A stretch of 64,000 bases of DNA from Phoronis australis (Eukaryota; Animalia; Phoronida): assembly GCA_002633005.1 (NCBI GenBank), contig NMRA01000185.1, forward strand, positions 152,892 through 216,891. Direction: 5' to 3'. The translations under genes and the position numbers were made by a program. This document shows positions 12,201-27,200 of this stretch, piece by piece. Positions within the stretch are counted from its first letter, which is position 1. Every line of letters starts with the position of its first letter. The notes beneath the pieces were generated by a model. That model was not told the origin of the DNA. It saw only the letters and a program-made list of their open reading frames with translations, and ran no database searches.

Positions 12201-15200
12201 CTACGTCATCAATAATGTGGTTCCGTGTTTTCTTGGTTTCTGGAGGACACAGAGTGAAAACATTACAGCTACCGTGAAACAATGGCGGTCTAATCAGTAA
12301 TTGCCATTACACAGCATCTGGAAAAGCCAATCAGCGGTGAGATAAGACTTTGTCACGTCGCTATAACTGTCCCACTAATATACTGTCGTAGCTTGGTTAA
12401 TTTTTAACCCGGAATTGTAATTGTAATACTCTCATAATCAGGTAACGTATGTGCAGAAGATGTTTAGTGCTGGTCTCCAGTCATTTTTTAACTCTTCAGT
12501 CAACTTAAAAGTTGATTTTTTGGAGCTTGCAGTGACAGCAAGCTCTTTTGGGGATGTCAGCATCAAGACTGTTGATGATTTCCTTTGATAAAAAAGTACA
12601 GAAAATGTTTTACCCAGCATTTGGCACTAGAGACTAGAAACATCCCAAGCACAGATCAAGCAGGGATTGAAATTTTCCTCTTAAAAGAACACTTCCTGTT
12701 CTTTGGTTTCAATTTCCTCATATTTGATTTTCAGTGTCATCTTTTGTGTTTCTGTTTTATCATTGTTTTGACTTCAAAAACGTTTATTTCATTTAAATTT
12801 TACGACACTAAGTGGTTTATCACACGAGCCTATTTGTTTGTGGAACGATGCATCACCTGGAAAATTTTCCTCTTTTTGCAATTGGTCATTCCAAGCCCTG
12901 ATCAAGCCTCAACAACTAGCCAAATACCACCTATCGAAATTCCCAGGTGGCCTAATTGGAAATGAGCACACAAAGTAGGACTCACAACTGTAATTTGAGC
13001 ACACCCTTGAATGTGGTTGAAAGTGTCTTGATTTCACGAAATCAATGAATTTTGAAACAAAGGTATTGTATTTGGGACAGATGTTGTGATTTTGGAAGTC
13101 ACCACAAATTGAATTACAGGTGAATATATACCTACCTACCTGGCTACATTTTCTAAACTTGGTTGAAACTCGCAAAAATTTGGTGACATCGTGGCAACTT
13201 TGACTTTTTACCAGGTCGCCAAACAGAATCTGAGGTCGCATTGGAAAGCTGAAGGTCGTCAAATTGATCCCCTGTATTTATTAAACTTTTCCAAAATATA
13301 AGGACTAACTGGTTGATCTCAATTGTGAGCTTTACGTAATCATAGCAACAGAATTTGGTGGATATGTGAAGGCAATTTTTAAACTGGACAGTCAGCGATG
13401 TCCAACTGAACTCTGTGCTGAAAAGATGCCATCTTCAACATTCATACCGTACAAGACCAAAGTAATCAGACAAAATACACTGCAAGACAAAAGCAATCAA
13501 ACAAAATACCTTTTTGCCTGTCATAACAGCTAATTCTGTTAACAATAAAAGTACTGGTAATAGCTATTAGGGTGGCAAATTATGATTACGGAATGGTCAT
13601 GCGAGAACACCAACTCTGATTTTGGTCCAGCTGTCATGACAAGGAATTGTGGGTAATTTCGTTTGAATACTTTTGACGTGTACTGTATGTGCTTCTGTGG
13701 ATCATTTGTCTTCACTTTGGAGGACTTTCTGTTTTATTTGCACATTTTCCATTGGCCATTTGATTTGCCTAAGTGACACTTCTCAGAAAGTTTCTCCAGC
13801 TCCTGTTTTAGACAGGTGGCCATTTTATCATATCTGTTATGTGTTTCAGTCATCCCACGTCATCATGTTCCATAGCCGAGATCATGTCTGTGTTGTTTTT
13901 CGACACCATGCGATACAAAGTGTCCAACCCTAAAGACCCCTCTAGTGACAGGCTTGTGTTGTCAAAGGTTAGTGTTATATAAGAGTATGGTGCTGTGCAG
14001 TCTCAATATGCAAGCACCTAGTGTAGATTTAATTACAACTCTTGTGTAAATTTCAAAAAGAAAAAATTCTCCTCCAGTTGTGGTCGTTGTCATGGACATT
14101 GTATTGTGTTATTGCCTTTTGCAGTGTATTAAAAATGGAGGCTTTATTGACACTTACTGAGACTGTGGTTGACCTCAAACTGCTATTCTATGCTACTAGA
14201 CATTTATTTTACGCACGATCTCTTTTTCTCAGAGTTTAAGAGCTAAAACCCCGCCTTGTCTTCCTCTGAAGGCGAAGTGACAGGCAGGGTGGGGTCTCAT
14301 CACATTTTTGAGACTGATCTAATATTTTTCCATGTGGCGACAACAATCACATATTCGGTGACAAATGTATTTTTACCGGTATTTTTCGACAAGTATTTGC
14401 TCGTTGCTGAAGTCGTATACTCCCTGATATTGGCTGATGATAAATCATCTTTAGTTTGATATCTTTTTGATCATTGCTTATGTAGTATTTTTCCTGGAAA
14501 GCCTCTTTTGATTAATGAGCATTGTTCATTGATAAGTTGTCTCAATTGATGGGCAACCTTGCATGAAAAATAGTGTCAACCGTTTATTATTCTTATGAAC
14601 CATTTATATCATCATAGCCTACAGGTGAATTGCTAGAAATGGATGATATGAATTTAAAAAAATATTTTATGATTAGCCAATTCAAGTGCCTAGGGCAAAA
14701 AGCTTAATGTTTAGGATGTGTTATGTAGCTGGCTACTGAGACTGAGCTGAGAATTAATGAAGAATATGTTGAAGCTGTGATGTGTCATGTTTCGCTTTAC
14801 ATTTTATTGATTGACAGGGTCACGCATGTCCCGCTCTGTACGGAGCCTGGGTGGAGGCGGGGCTTATTTCTCCAGAGGAGAACAAGCGACTCAGAAAGAT
14901 TGACAGTGACCTCGAAGGTCATCCCACCCCGGTAGGTAAAGCAGGGAGAGAAATTTGATTATGATGCACTGAGTGTTGATAATGAAACTCAGAATTACTC
15001 ATGGCTTATTTCCTACATATTCGGTAAAGTGTCTTAGAATTAGAACACAACATGGTGAAACAGTAAAGTTTTATTTCATCATAAATTTCAATAAGAGTAA
15101 ACATGAGGACGTCAAGTTTACTTGGTTATTTGAAAATTTCATACAGTACTGCTGTCATCAACAAACACTCAAAAATTTTTTCAATTCTTTTGGCAATATT

Positions 15201-18200
15201 GTGATTGTTTGAAAAATGAAAAATGAGTTTTGGCCATTATTTATGTTTGAATTTGAATAAAAAACATTTGCCGTAGGTGGAGTTTTAAAAGAACACTAAA
15301 TGAGGCAGAGAATCTTCAGTCAATTACACAATCTGACATGAATGTGAAATTTAAGGTTGCCAAATTTCTCATTAACAAACAACAAAAAGTAAACTTTGTT
15401 GTCATTGTTGACACAAACCATTTTCCATGTGAAGCACGCTACTGGCGAATTTCAGACTGCAAGTTTTGCGCATCTCATTATCCATGGTTCATTACACGCC
15501 CAGTATCAAAAAGTTGTGAATTACTTATAGACTGTGCTCGGGTTATCAAGTCAGATATCTGCCAAAATGATACGGAAGCACTTTCTGTTTGCTGGCTACT
15601 CATCAGAATAGCCCCAGCTGTTCAGTGAATGCATTCTCCCTCGCTGCGTGAATATTTTTTCTCTTTAATTTTTTGACCACCAGGCATTATAGACTTCAAC
15701 ACTCCCTGGATGAGGTACTTTCTTGGTACAGTGTGGCGTGAAGCTGAACACATGACATCAACAAGATTTCCACATATTAGTATGAGGGTGTTACCCACTT
15801 GTAAACAGCTGATGTGTAACTGTTTCCACACAAATTAAAAGGGCATTGCATCAAGGTCATCCACAAAAGGACGTTTAAGAGTCAAAACTTTGACTTGATA
15901 AAAATTCTCTAGCTGGTCGACAAATGGGGGTGACTTATAGTACTGCAAAACAAAAACTATTTTGTTAAGGTAGGTGTATACACTGATCAAATCTCCAGGT
16001 TCCTAACTAAAATGAGTAAAAAGGGAGTTTTAACTAGTTAGACATGACTCTGAAAGTGACAAAAATCGAAAAAAAATGTTTTTTTTGTAGTTCGTTTATT
16101 TAAAAAATCGTATTTTTTAATTTTTAAAAAATCCAATTTTACCTCGATTTTTTTTTCAAAATGCACAGGGATCATCGTCAACTATTTCCTTACGCAATAT
16201 TCTACTTATCCATACCAAATATATGTACAAAATCATTATGATCTTGATTTTGTGACATTTTTTGTGTGTGAGTTGGGGCAAGCACGCCACTTTTTGTCAT
16301 TTGGTCACTTTCCGTCTAATAACTAAAAATCTGGTCCATTTATCAAAAAATCCTGGCACGCGATTTTACTTCAGTCCAAGAGGATTTCAAATTTGCAACT
16401 TTCGTTAAAATTGACCCACGTGTTGTGGAAAAATAGGCCCGAGAATCGTGTCACTATCCTGAAATCACGAGCCGAGAAAAACGGCTTTGAAGTTAAGCGG
16501 TCATCGATTGCCACTTGAGATCAAATTTCGTTCAGAATGCGTGGTCATTATGTTCCAATTTTTGTTGAAGTACTAGAAATAAAGCTGATATTTACTTCAT
16601 ATTTAGAAAATGTGACATACCTGTTTGTTTACAGCGTAATTTTAATCATTTTTTCGAACTTGTGAAGCACGACAGACGACCAAAACAAATATGGCTGTCA
16701 CGTGGGCGGAGCTTAGCGTTGATCTATTGTCTGCTGTACTGGTGTGCCGACCACCATGTGTTGATTGTTTATACGATTCATCTGAACTCTCCACTCAGTT
16801 TGTAAAAGACTCTCTAACTATATTACACAGACCTATTTGTTAGTATTCCAATATTATCATCAACCAATATATGTGTTATATCAAATCGCCGCGTTACTGC
16901 CTACATAACAATATTGGCGACGAGGATAAAGAACTACTTTCATAGTAATGGTTCAACATTTTTACGTGCCTGTACCGAATGGACTTTGGGATAAGAAAAT
17001 ATCACTTTCTGCGCAAATAGCGCCGCTTGGGTGAGATTCTCAAGTTACTAAAGTTTCTTATATTGCTTTCCTCTAAAATCGTATAATATCATGAGTTTTA
17101 ATTCAGGGTTACGTTTGAATCTATGCACTAGAAAATTTTTTGTTATGTTGAACACTGGGTCATTTCTCTAATTCTTTGGGTTACGGCCAGTGGCAAGTTA
17201 AAAATCCTCTGGGTTTGACAGCCTAGTTTCTCCACGGCACGTTCCCAGCACAGAAGCACGGTTTATCTGCGAAGACTCTACTCTGACGGCATGTAGTTGT
17301 CCATGTGTCGCGCGCGCGGCTTGTCTTCACAGCGCGTGTATGCACTCTCACCGAATCGTGCAACACCACCCACGTCGACACTCAGCGTCCTCTCGCAAGA
17401 CAACTGACCTTATATTACCGACTTCTCTTATACATGCACAATTTCTGCACGGACTCGATCCTCAAGCTGAGTAGGGCTTGGCGTACTCAACTTAATTTTT
17501 TTGCAGATAGACAAACAGGCTCAGGCTCGGAACAGGAGCTAGTTCACCATTTCACTACTAACTTTCACATGGTCACAACACCAATATCAGCTGGTACATC
17601 ACTCTCGATTGCCCGGTTACGCAATGCTTGTTGACAGGGTTAGATTAGAGCTAGTGTCCTTGTATATAAGCTCCGCCCCAGTTGTCAATCACTGAGCTGG
17701 TGAGCACTCAAGCCATACGACTTACTGAGGCTTGGTCAAATATAGCTAAAAAAACAACTTTGGATTTTCAGAATGATTTTATTTTTCTTCAGTATACTGT
17801 GCATCAAGAATTAAAGATTAGGATGATATGAAAATGTAAAAAACAGTCAAAATTAATTTTTTTGTGTATCCACCTACCTTAACTTCAAAAGCTCTTTTAT
17901 CAAATCCAGATCTTCGACCTCTTCTGTCATGCTTTGCAATTTTCAACCTTGATCTGAAAATACTTTTTAAGTATTTTCAGATCAATTAAAATTTATAACG
18001 CATCGTGCACCTGCTCACTGCTCTAGTAGTTTTCTCCCCTTTTTCTTCAGCGTCTCAATTTCATTGATGTGTCGACAGGCTCTCTGGGTCAGGGTCTGAG
18101 TGTTGCGGCTGGTATGGCTTATGTTGGCAAATACTTTGACAAGGCAAGGTAAGGTATCATTAGAATCATGGTTCAAATTTGTGCTTCTTGATGTGTTGAT

Positions 18201-21200
18201 CGGATGAAGGTGTCTCAATTTGAACAGCTGTAAAACTGGAATTATATTTTGTGCGCTCCTCTAAGTTCACAGTTCGTTCAGTGTAAACCGGATATTGCAA
18301 ATCCTAGTAGCAAAGCTTAATTTTTCCACCTAGTGGAGAGATAAGCTGGGAGTGTGTTCACGTATGACTGGGCATCTGTGAATGAATGACATGGGTGAAG
18401 ACACCATGTCAACTGGATATGCCATGAATGAGTGATGAATTACAAGAGTCAAAGTCGTTACAGTATGTACTTGTGGCATATTTGATGTGATCTTGAGGCT
18501 AAATCGAAATCTCATTGGAAATTTCTTGGATTTTGTTGTCATTCCGTCAGTTAGCACAGAACATTGTAACATGGTCTTGCTTAAGTCATGAGGTTCACAA
18601 TCGCATCGATCTTTAAAACTGTATTAAAGCATGTTGTTACATAATAACAATGTGCTCCTTCAGCCACCAGCTTCATTGATTGCATGATATTGTTTGTGTG
18701 TTTAGTTACCGTGTCTACTGTATCGTTGGTGATGGTGAGAGCGCCGAGGGGTCCATCTGGGAGGCCCTTCACTTTGCCAGCTACTACAAACTGGACAACC
18801 TGGTACTCATCATCGACTGTAACCGTCTGGGTCAGAGTGAGGCGACATCTCTGGGTCATGACTGTGACGTCTATAAGAATAGACTGCAGAGTTTTGGGTA
18901 TGGTCTAGTGGTACACTGAAGTAAGCCAGTGGAAGTGTTTGTGTAATGTCATTTTATGCTGTTGTATCAGAGCTCGTAGTTTTGTATTAGATTGGCATCA
19001 CCTGTTGTATGAAATTCTAGCTTTTACACTGGGTAATGATGGCTTTAAATATAGAACTAGGGTTGTTTTACGACTAGTAGTTATGAGAACGTGTAATGAA
19101 TGTAAACTGTAGGAGCTAGTATAAAATGAATATTGATATAAAATGGTATCTAAAGCTCAATGTTTTGAGTACTGCAGCTGTTTCTAAAGGAATGTGACAG
19201 GCGGTAAGGTCAAGGTCACACGTACTATTCGTGTATTACGAGTATTACAAGTTGTTCATTGACGTGTAATATTTTAAAATAATGATTGCAGTGGTTTAGC
19301 ACACGTTGTACTAGAGACGTGCTCGCGCTTTTAAAACAGTTTTACATCATTTTTTATTTTATTCAGTTTTACTTGATTTAGTTATCGTTGGTATCTGCAC
19401 TGGTTTTTAACATCTTGTAATCAATTTATTGTTCTCTGCACCAGGTGGAACTCGTTTGTCGTGGACGGTCACGACGTGGTGGCTCTTGACAAGGCCTTCT
19501 ATGAAGCGTCAGCGACTAAGGGCAAACCAACCTGCTTGGTGGCCAAAACATTCAAAGGGCGAGGCATCCTAGGTAAGTATAATGGACGAGATCTCGGGGT
19601 CAACTTTCTAAAAGTTACCAGTGTTTTGAGTAAACAGATAGCTGTACTAGTTGTCGACTAAATTTTTCCAAGAAAAGTGGCAGACTGTCTATCATCAGGG
19701 TGTTGGGACAAATGAAGAACATCTGTGGATAACGTTTCAAAATTTCAAACCTCGTTAACAATGCAGTTCTATGCACTAACAGCGTTTCAGTTGAGCCCAA
19801 GTGGTTCTCTTGTATTTTGAAGCCAATCGGTAAGAAGAACTTGGAGAGTTGAATTACGATGGATTACACTGAACATTACGAATGAAGAAGTAAGTAAGAG
19901 ATATCGGAATGGTCGAACCCATCGTAAGATGGGGACCCATGAATAACTTGGCAAAGTAAACGGAAATGAAAGAGAAAGTAGACACCAAAGGTGCAGGACT
20001 TGGAAATGAACAATATAAGCATGTATAGTTTGATCTGGCACGCCCGCATAAAACGGGAGTAATGAATAAAACAAAAGGGAATTGTAAACTGAAGTAAGCA
20101 CCCAAGGTGTTACAGATAGACTGGTCCGAATGGCCGGACCAAGCCGTATGAAGAGTAACTGAAGTAGGCACCCAAGGTGCTACCAGATAGAGTAGTCCGT
20201 GTAGGTGGACCACTGTATTGACGTAGTAAACTGAAGTAAACACCCAGTAGGTTACCAGATAGTCGTACCTGAAAGTAGTAATGCAATATATGATTAATGA
20301 AAAAAAAGATGGGAAAAGGGACCGAGGAATGGGGCAGTGAGATAATAACATGTATACGGAAAATATACCAGGAATTAACTGGGAGTATGCAATAAGGGAC
20401 AATTACGAAAGGAGACCCAAGCGGCGGAGGTGATGGCCGAAAGCGAAGCGGACGCTAAGAGCTTGTTTGCGGATGCCTGAAGGGTTGAGGTGAAGGAGGT
20501 CAGGGCGGTAAAGGTGTAAAGGATCCTGCCAGAACCCGCCCCTATGGGTCCAAAGGAAGACTGTGGGATGGTCGGCGAGGAGGCATTTGAGGTGAAAGTT
20601 AAGGGATTGGCAACGGGTATTAAAAGTGCCGTCATCGTGGAAACGTAGGAACACCATGCCGATGATGACTGACTGCACAGAAGGGTAAGACTGGATGATA
20701 GACTCGGAAAACGAAATTAGGTCATGGGCCAGAGACAAAGGGTGAGACTGGGGATGAGACAGGTCGTTTCCGGCGATCTGTAGGAACACTAAAGTGGCCG
20801 AGAATTCGGCGATGGCTGGGGTTAAATGGCGAACAGAACGAGGGCCAGGGGCGAGGGTGGCCCCGGACAACCCTAAGGAGTTGATGGAGACAGAGGACGC
20901 GTGGAAACCCAGATTGGTCAGACCCTGGTCGGTCGCCGCAGGCGAATTAAGATAGGCGTCCAGCCAACGCACGTAAGAACTGCCCAAAATCAAACAACTA
21001 GGTGGCATATTTAGTCCAGAACAAGCAGGAAACAAGGTACAGTACCTTAATGATGTGAAGAGACGGAGAGTGCTGAAACTTCAAAGAGAAATTGAGTGAA
21101 AAATGAAAGTTGGAGAGAATTGTGGACGATGGCCCAGTGTTGCAACAAGACAAAGAGATCACGTGGTACAATTAAACCAATAATCGTAAAACAAAGAGGG

Positions 21201-24200
21201 TCACTGACCTGAGAATCCAAACAATATGATAATGAGGAGGAGGCAGTATAGCTTACATAAAATAATTTAATACTTAAATAATTTTTAGTTGGGAGCTAAC
21301 ATTTCGGTGTCTATTAAGTGCCCTGTGGATTAACAATAGCCTTGTTAGCTTTGTAATGTATTACACAAGTACTCTTGTGGGAGATACGTGATCATTACTT
21401 ATGCTGGTGTAGAGCTCTGTAGATTAAATACCATTGGCTGAGTTGTTCGCAAATATTTGAGAGAACCCAGAACATTGAAAGCCATCCATTTATAAGGCCA
21501 CTTAGAAGAGTTGTATCATTTCAATTGTTAAAATTGCCAAACTAAGTCAATTCTTTAGTCGTTTTATTAGGGATAATCTGTCTGTGGTAATGTAAAGTAG
21601 CGTAGTTGGTTGTTTCATCGAACTTGAGTTTGGAATTAGTCAGTTATCTTCTGTATAACCTTTACATCAAATAGTTTTGTTTTAACTTAAATGCAAGAAG
21701 TAAGGTCACCATAGTTTCCAGGCTTACCATTGTAATTGACAAAACTTGTTGTTGAAATGGGACAAGGCGGGTTAGTAGAATTAATCCTGTATAAAATGAT
21801 TCTAGCAACTGAAAATAAATGAACTTTTGGAATACAAGTTTACATAACTAACATGCTATTTCTTGACCCCTCAGGGCAGGAAGATAAAGATAACTTCCAC
21901 GGTAAGCCTATTCCTGCGGCCAAAGCTGAGGAGATCATCGCTGCTATTCAACAGCGTATTGTGAACAAAGGCAAGCATGGGTTGAGCCCAGCACCTATCG
22001 TGGACGATGCACCTGCTGTGAGCTTGACTAACCTGAAGATGTCCGAGCCACCCAAATATGAGCTGGGACAGAAGGTAGGGGAGATAACCCATAGAAAAGA
22101 ATTGCGAAGCCCTGATGACCACTGAGCTATGGGGATTTATGAAATAGCTTTCGCTGAGAAAGAGCCTCGTGGGTTTCTTTTTCAGAAACAAGGTTTGAAA
22201 AAGCCTTCCTGGGAACTCGTGGGTTCGGTTTTTTTTCTGACACACATGGAAAATGTTGGCAAATTTCCTTTTATTTTCCAATTTTTGGTCATTAAAAGTA
22301 ATTTGAAATATTTCACGTTCATCACTTGTCAACTCTTGCACCATGACTAAAGATATAGCACCCAAATTACCGACATCGTAACAGCTCCCTCTTTTGACAT
22401 TACTTTTAAACCCCTCAGCTGGATGAGGGCCTCTTCATCGGAGACTGTTGACAAATGAGACTAGAGGGCAACATTTCATAGGAAGATACAGTTGTTTTGC
22501 AAATCCCTGGTATACAGTGGAATGAGTCTCGTAGCCATGATGTGTTAAGAATGATTAGTGGCACGAGGACGATCCTTCAGCTAAGTTACACTGCGTACGG
22601 TAACATTGTGGTGGAGAACTGTTGAATATGTGGCAATATTGGGGATAGAAATTTGTTATATACATGATATATGTCAACAGCTGTTCAGGCCAGGGTTTAC
22701 TAACGGTTGCAGATTCAAAAATAGATAAAAATCGTCTCAAGTTTTTGTAGACTCGTTTGGATGCAAACAGTTCTAAAAGCTCGTCTCTATTGGCATGCCA
22801 GAAAATTGCATATTTCAACCCATTGGTTTTTTGTGACATGACTCATTGTTTTCTTTGATTCTTTAACTGTACATAAGTTTGGACAGACAGGTTGAATACT
22901 GATCAAGATTAAACAGAAACAATAATGTATGCACTCACAAGTCTTCCTCCATCTCCTGGGGAGACACGTAAAATGTGCATTGTGTTACTCTCAACTTATT
23001 CATGTTAATATTAATGTGTCGAGATTATTGCTACCATTGGTAATGTCCTCTCTGCCCAGGTGCACCCTCGTCTGGCGTACGGCGTCGCTCTGGCCAAGCT
23101 AGGTAAGGCCAACAAGTGTGTGGTGGCTCTTGACGGAGACACTAAAAACTCCACCTACTCGCAGAAACTGAAGGTAACTATGCACACAGCTCTCAAAGTT
23201 ACAGCCGACTCCATCCTTAAAGATCACCCAATCCTTCGTTGTTGCCTGATAACACAGTGTAAACTGAATCAGTCGAAAGTTAATCACTTAATTTAAGTGT
23301 GTGTGCTCGTTTTTTCATTCAAGTTTACTAATTGATGAAAAATGGGATTAATTCTGTTCAACTTTGTCGACCGTTTTGTATGTGCATCGTTAGAAATTTT
23401 AAATTAAAACTTAAGAGCAATTCCATATAAAAACCAGATGGTGGGCTATATATGCAAAATCACCAATTTTTTTGAAACTTAGCATATCAGCTGGCCTTGT
23501 CAAAAGAAACCTGAGCCTGAATTTTTAAGAGTTTCCGAATTTTTTTTAACCCTTTTTACGACCACTTTGTACTTTTTCTGAAAACTAGCAAATAATAGTA
23601 CTTGGAAGTAGGTGACTTTTTGTCAGCAACAACACATCATCGCTTCACGCTATAGAAAAAAATAACTATACAGCAGAAAGAAGGAAGAATAACGTACAAG
23701 AAAAACTAGTTCGGATGGATTTTTTGATATTTTATGTCCTCCCATTTTAGCCTACAAAAATGTCATTTTCACTGCTTATTATTAAGGCCATTTTTACGCA
23801 TTTTTATCACTCTCCCAAATCTATATCGGATTATTTTGGAACATGAGTTAACTTCCATCTGTTACTGCTGTCTTTGTTCAGCCCAACGCAAGAATAAAAA
23901 ATCTTGTCTCTTTCATAATTTTTGTGCAGTCAGTTTTTTACATAACTCACACACTTTTCTGCCAATCTGTGACTGTCAGTTTGATTAAAAGACTCTAGGA
24001 GGCGCTGCTCGATTGTGCAATTATCTATCGACCAAAATGCCAAATAGAACAAATATCATTCATTTTGCTACATTAGTGACGAAGGAGATCATGGGAAGCT
24101 GTATGAGATTTTTTCTTCGCGGATTTTCAGTTTTGCTGGTGCAAAAATAAAAATTTGTTTTCGGATTACAGAAATCAAAAAAGTAAATTTTAATGTACTT

Positions 24201-27200
24201 ATGAGTTAATAATACAACCCCATCACCATCTCATACTTCAGAGAAGCAGGTTTTATTCTTATTAAGGGTGCCCATTACCCATTGCTTGGCCAGTTTTCAA
24301 ACACCGTAACTGACTGAGAATCCCACGCACTGCCTGCAGTGCATGCTGGTTCATTTTCAGACCTCCTGGACAAATGCCTGTATATGCGAATGAAAAAGTC
24401 CTCTAAAACTATTAGCAAAGTTCATACTAAAACTAATCAAGATCTTCGAGATCACACGTGAAAAGAGGACGGTGGATACGAGCAGAAGTGTCGTGTTATT
24501 GGACATACAAAGTGTCACGCAATGCTTCTTGTACTACACAAAAGCGACCGAGCATGGTGGCAGTGCGCCAGTGGAATTTGCAATTTCAGAAAAATAACAG
24601 GTACGGATATTTACGATTGAAAACATAATAGTTTCAGTGATATCCAAGAAACCGGCTTTCCAAACCAGTATTTAAGCAATTGGGTGTTGTTGCGACTTAC
24701 CAGCTAAAAGTTTCACAATATGTAAATTCCGTTCATGCGGCGGACTCAAAAGCACAGTTTCTTGTAGGTATGCTAGGTTTAGTGTATGATGCATTTCTAC
24801 ACAACACTTCAAAAAACTGTATTTTGTTTGAAGAAAACAAGAGTTACTGAAACACAAAGTCTTTTTATTTTGCTCAGTACACATGTCTAAGATAGACGTT
24901 TCTCAAAACTAGATAATCACTCCTTTAAAAATCTCAGTAGTTTCAAGAGAATCAATCATGTAAAAAGTATGCTTTACCAGTCTCAAACTGAACATAAAAC
25001 AAAAAACGCTAGTAAAAAGTGACAGAAGATTTCAATGTTGACCATCAGTGGCTTGGATTATTTTCCCCAAACGGCCACCACTCAAATCTCTCCCCCATGG
25101 AAGCCCCTAACTCGCGTCATATTCCATTTTTTTCCAATTTCGCCCAGGGTGGGCCCCAGTCCCCTAGCTACGATAATGATGACCACAACAATATCGTAAG
25201 AATAGACAACAACTAAAACATGTTCATAATTTCCTCGGTTTATGATGATAACTCATTCATGACTTCAAGCTCCAACTCATTCATTGAGGCAAACTCGTGG
25301 GCAGCAGCAGCATCAGCATCTTCAATATTCTGAATATTTCCGATTCGAAACGCGACAACCATACGGGAAAAAATCCAGCAATCTGCTACTCCGACAGCCA
25401 CTCTTCAGAGGAGAAAACTTTTCTTTGCTTATTCCTGGCTTCTCGCATCATCTTTTCACAGCCTCAGCTGGCTGTTGTTTTCTGCCTGACTGTTCACCTT
25501 CAGAAAATATATCACTGGGTTAAATCTTTACCTTCTCAGAGAAGCGGACCGCTTTTCTAGTACTTTTCAGGGCCCTATCCTGCGGCGACTTGATCAATAA
25601 CGTAAACGGGGGACAACTCAGGTGATGATACAGCTGTGGTAGTGGATGAAATCTCGGATTGTCTTGAAATGTGGTCGAACTGAGTCTCGTTCTGGAGGGA
25701 TGATGAATGAGCACCAACATCCAAGTGCTCACTTAGCTCAGCATCTGTAGGAAAAGATTTCGAGCACCCATAGTGTGTGCATGTGAACTTCGAATGACGT
25801 TCACGGGATACCAGCCCCGACTCAACCCTTGGAGTTGTAAAACACTCGAGTGTTGCAAGGTCAAGACTTTTCAGAGGCAACAGTTTACATGACTTGTTGA
25901 TGACAAGTTTTCCCTCCCCTACTCTATGGGCCTTCCATGCTCGAATGCCATCTGTGGAATACTCAAAGTTTGTCAGCAAACTTATCCCTGGGATACTGTG
26001 CTTGGGGAGGACCTTTGGGGCATTCACACTACAGGACGACACCTAACAGCCTTTGACATCTCCTCTAGACTCTAGCGCATGTTTCAGGTCGACTGCATTT
26101 TGAACGTTGTTGCCTTCATTGACGAAGTATTTGGCATGGGCCTTCAAGGGTGCGATTTTCCTGTCACAGATGTCTTTTCCCTTCTGACTTTCACTGAAGT
26201 CGTAACGCAGAATGGAGATGCCGGTGTTACCAGATATGTAGAACAAATGAATCAGAAGGGCGGCTGAATGGTAACAATTGGCATTGTCGGAGTGTAGGAA
26301 AGCTTCCGTTATTTGTGGATCCCTAGCTTTCACCTGCCTTAGCACATCTAGCGTTAAACAGCAAACAGTGAAAAAGTCTTGCTTGCAGGCATCTAGAGTA
26401 TGGATGTAAGTATGTACCTGAAATACAATAATTATGTAAGTCAAATAGGTCAGCTAGTTTAAAGAACTACCTTATTATATCTTATTACCACCTAAACCGC
26501 AATCACGCCACTCAACTTCAAACATGGTTCGTCTCAACACGGTTATTATATCAGTAGCTCCTTCAAAACATTTCTAGGGAGGGGGGAAATTTCCCCTTCA
26601 CAAAGATATGAAAATCATCCATAAGTACAAAATGGCTTCAGTTAAAATGAAGGCTTGTGTGCAAAATCTACTAAGAGAAAAATAATGCATCACTGTCAAG
26701 CTTTTGTTGGGAAATGGCAAGAAAAAGACTAGATATTAAGTGCACACTCCCTGTATCTTGTGAGTGTTACAGTAAATCAATATACTAAAAAGAGGTAAAG
26801 GCAACAACATTGTTCATCACTGGCTTTCTGTTTAATATTGAGCACATCTGAGAATTACTTTGTAACACCTTGAATACTAATTGAGGATTTATTTTTACCT
26901 GATGGCTTTCACCTTTCTTTGTGATACAAGCCGCCACGTGCCATGACATCCTTTTTACCAAACCAGTCGGACTGTGCTTCACGGAAACTGATGGGTATGA
27001 ACTTCATTGCAAAATCCATTACAACCAAAACTTGGTGTGGGGTGAGAGATGACATCAGATCCTGTTTTGCTTGTTCCTGGTTTATCCCTCTGACAATATT
27101 CTGTGTGTTCGTGATAACAGCACGTCAGTTTTTGTCTAAAACCAAGTCCAAACTCATGTCGATGTGTAAAATATATAACGACGCATTTCCATTGGTTTGC

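Noticed and set aside
16948-17300. Possible THAP start (MVQH..VP) in the intron-3 Kolobok element
   Set aside because: The cysteines are absent and the frame cannot be followed; too degenerate to call.
19854-20402. 182-aa minus ORF adjacent to the SGNH ORF
   Set aside because: TTG start, low-complexity hydrophobic translation of a pyrimidine-rich repeat region; no motifs.
19723-21334. CTGTGGAT(T)AAC at both sides of the SGNH cassette as a TSD
   Set aside because: Imperfect and about 100 bp outside the compositional boundaries; may be chance.
19660-22445. Hammerhead-like CTGATGA/CCGATGA cores on minus (about 19692-19698 and 22435-22441)
   Set aside because: Could not build stems I-III with a correctly placed GAAA by eye; would need Infernal.
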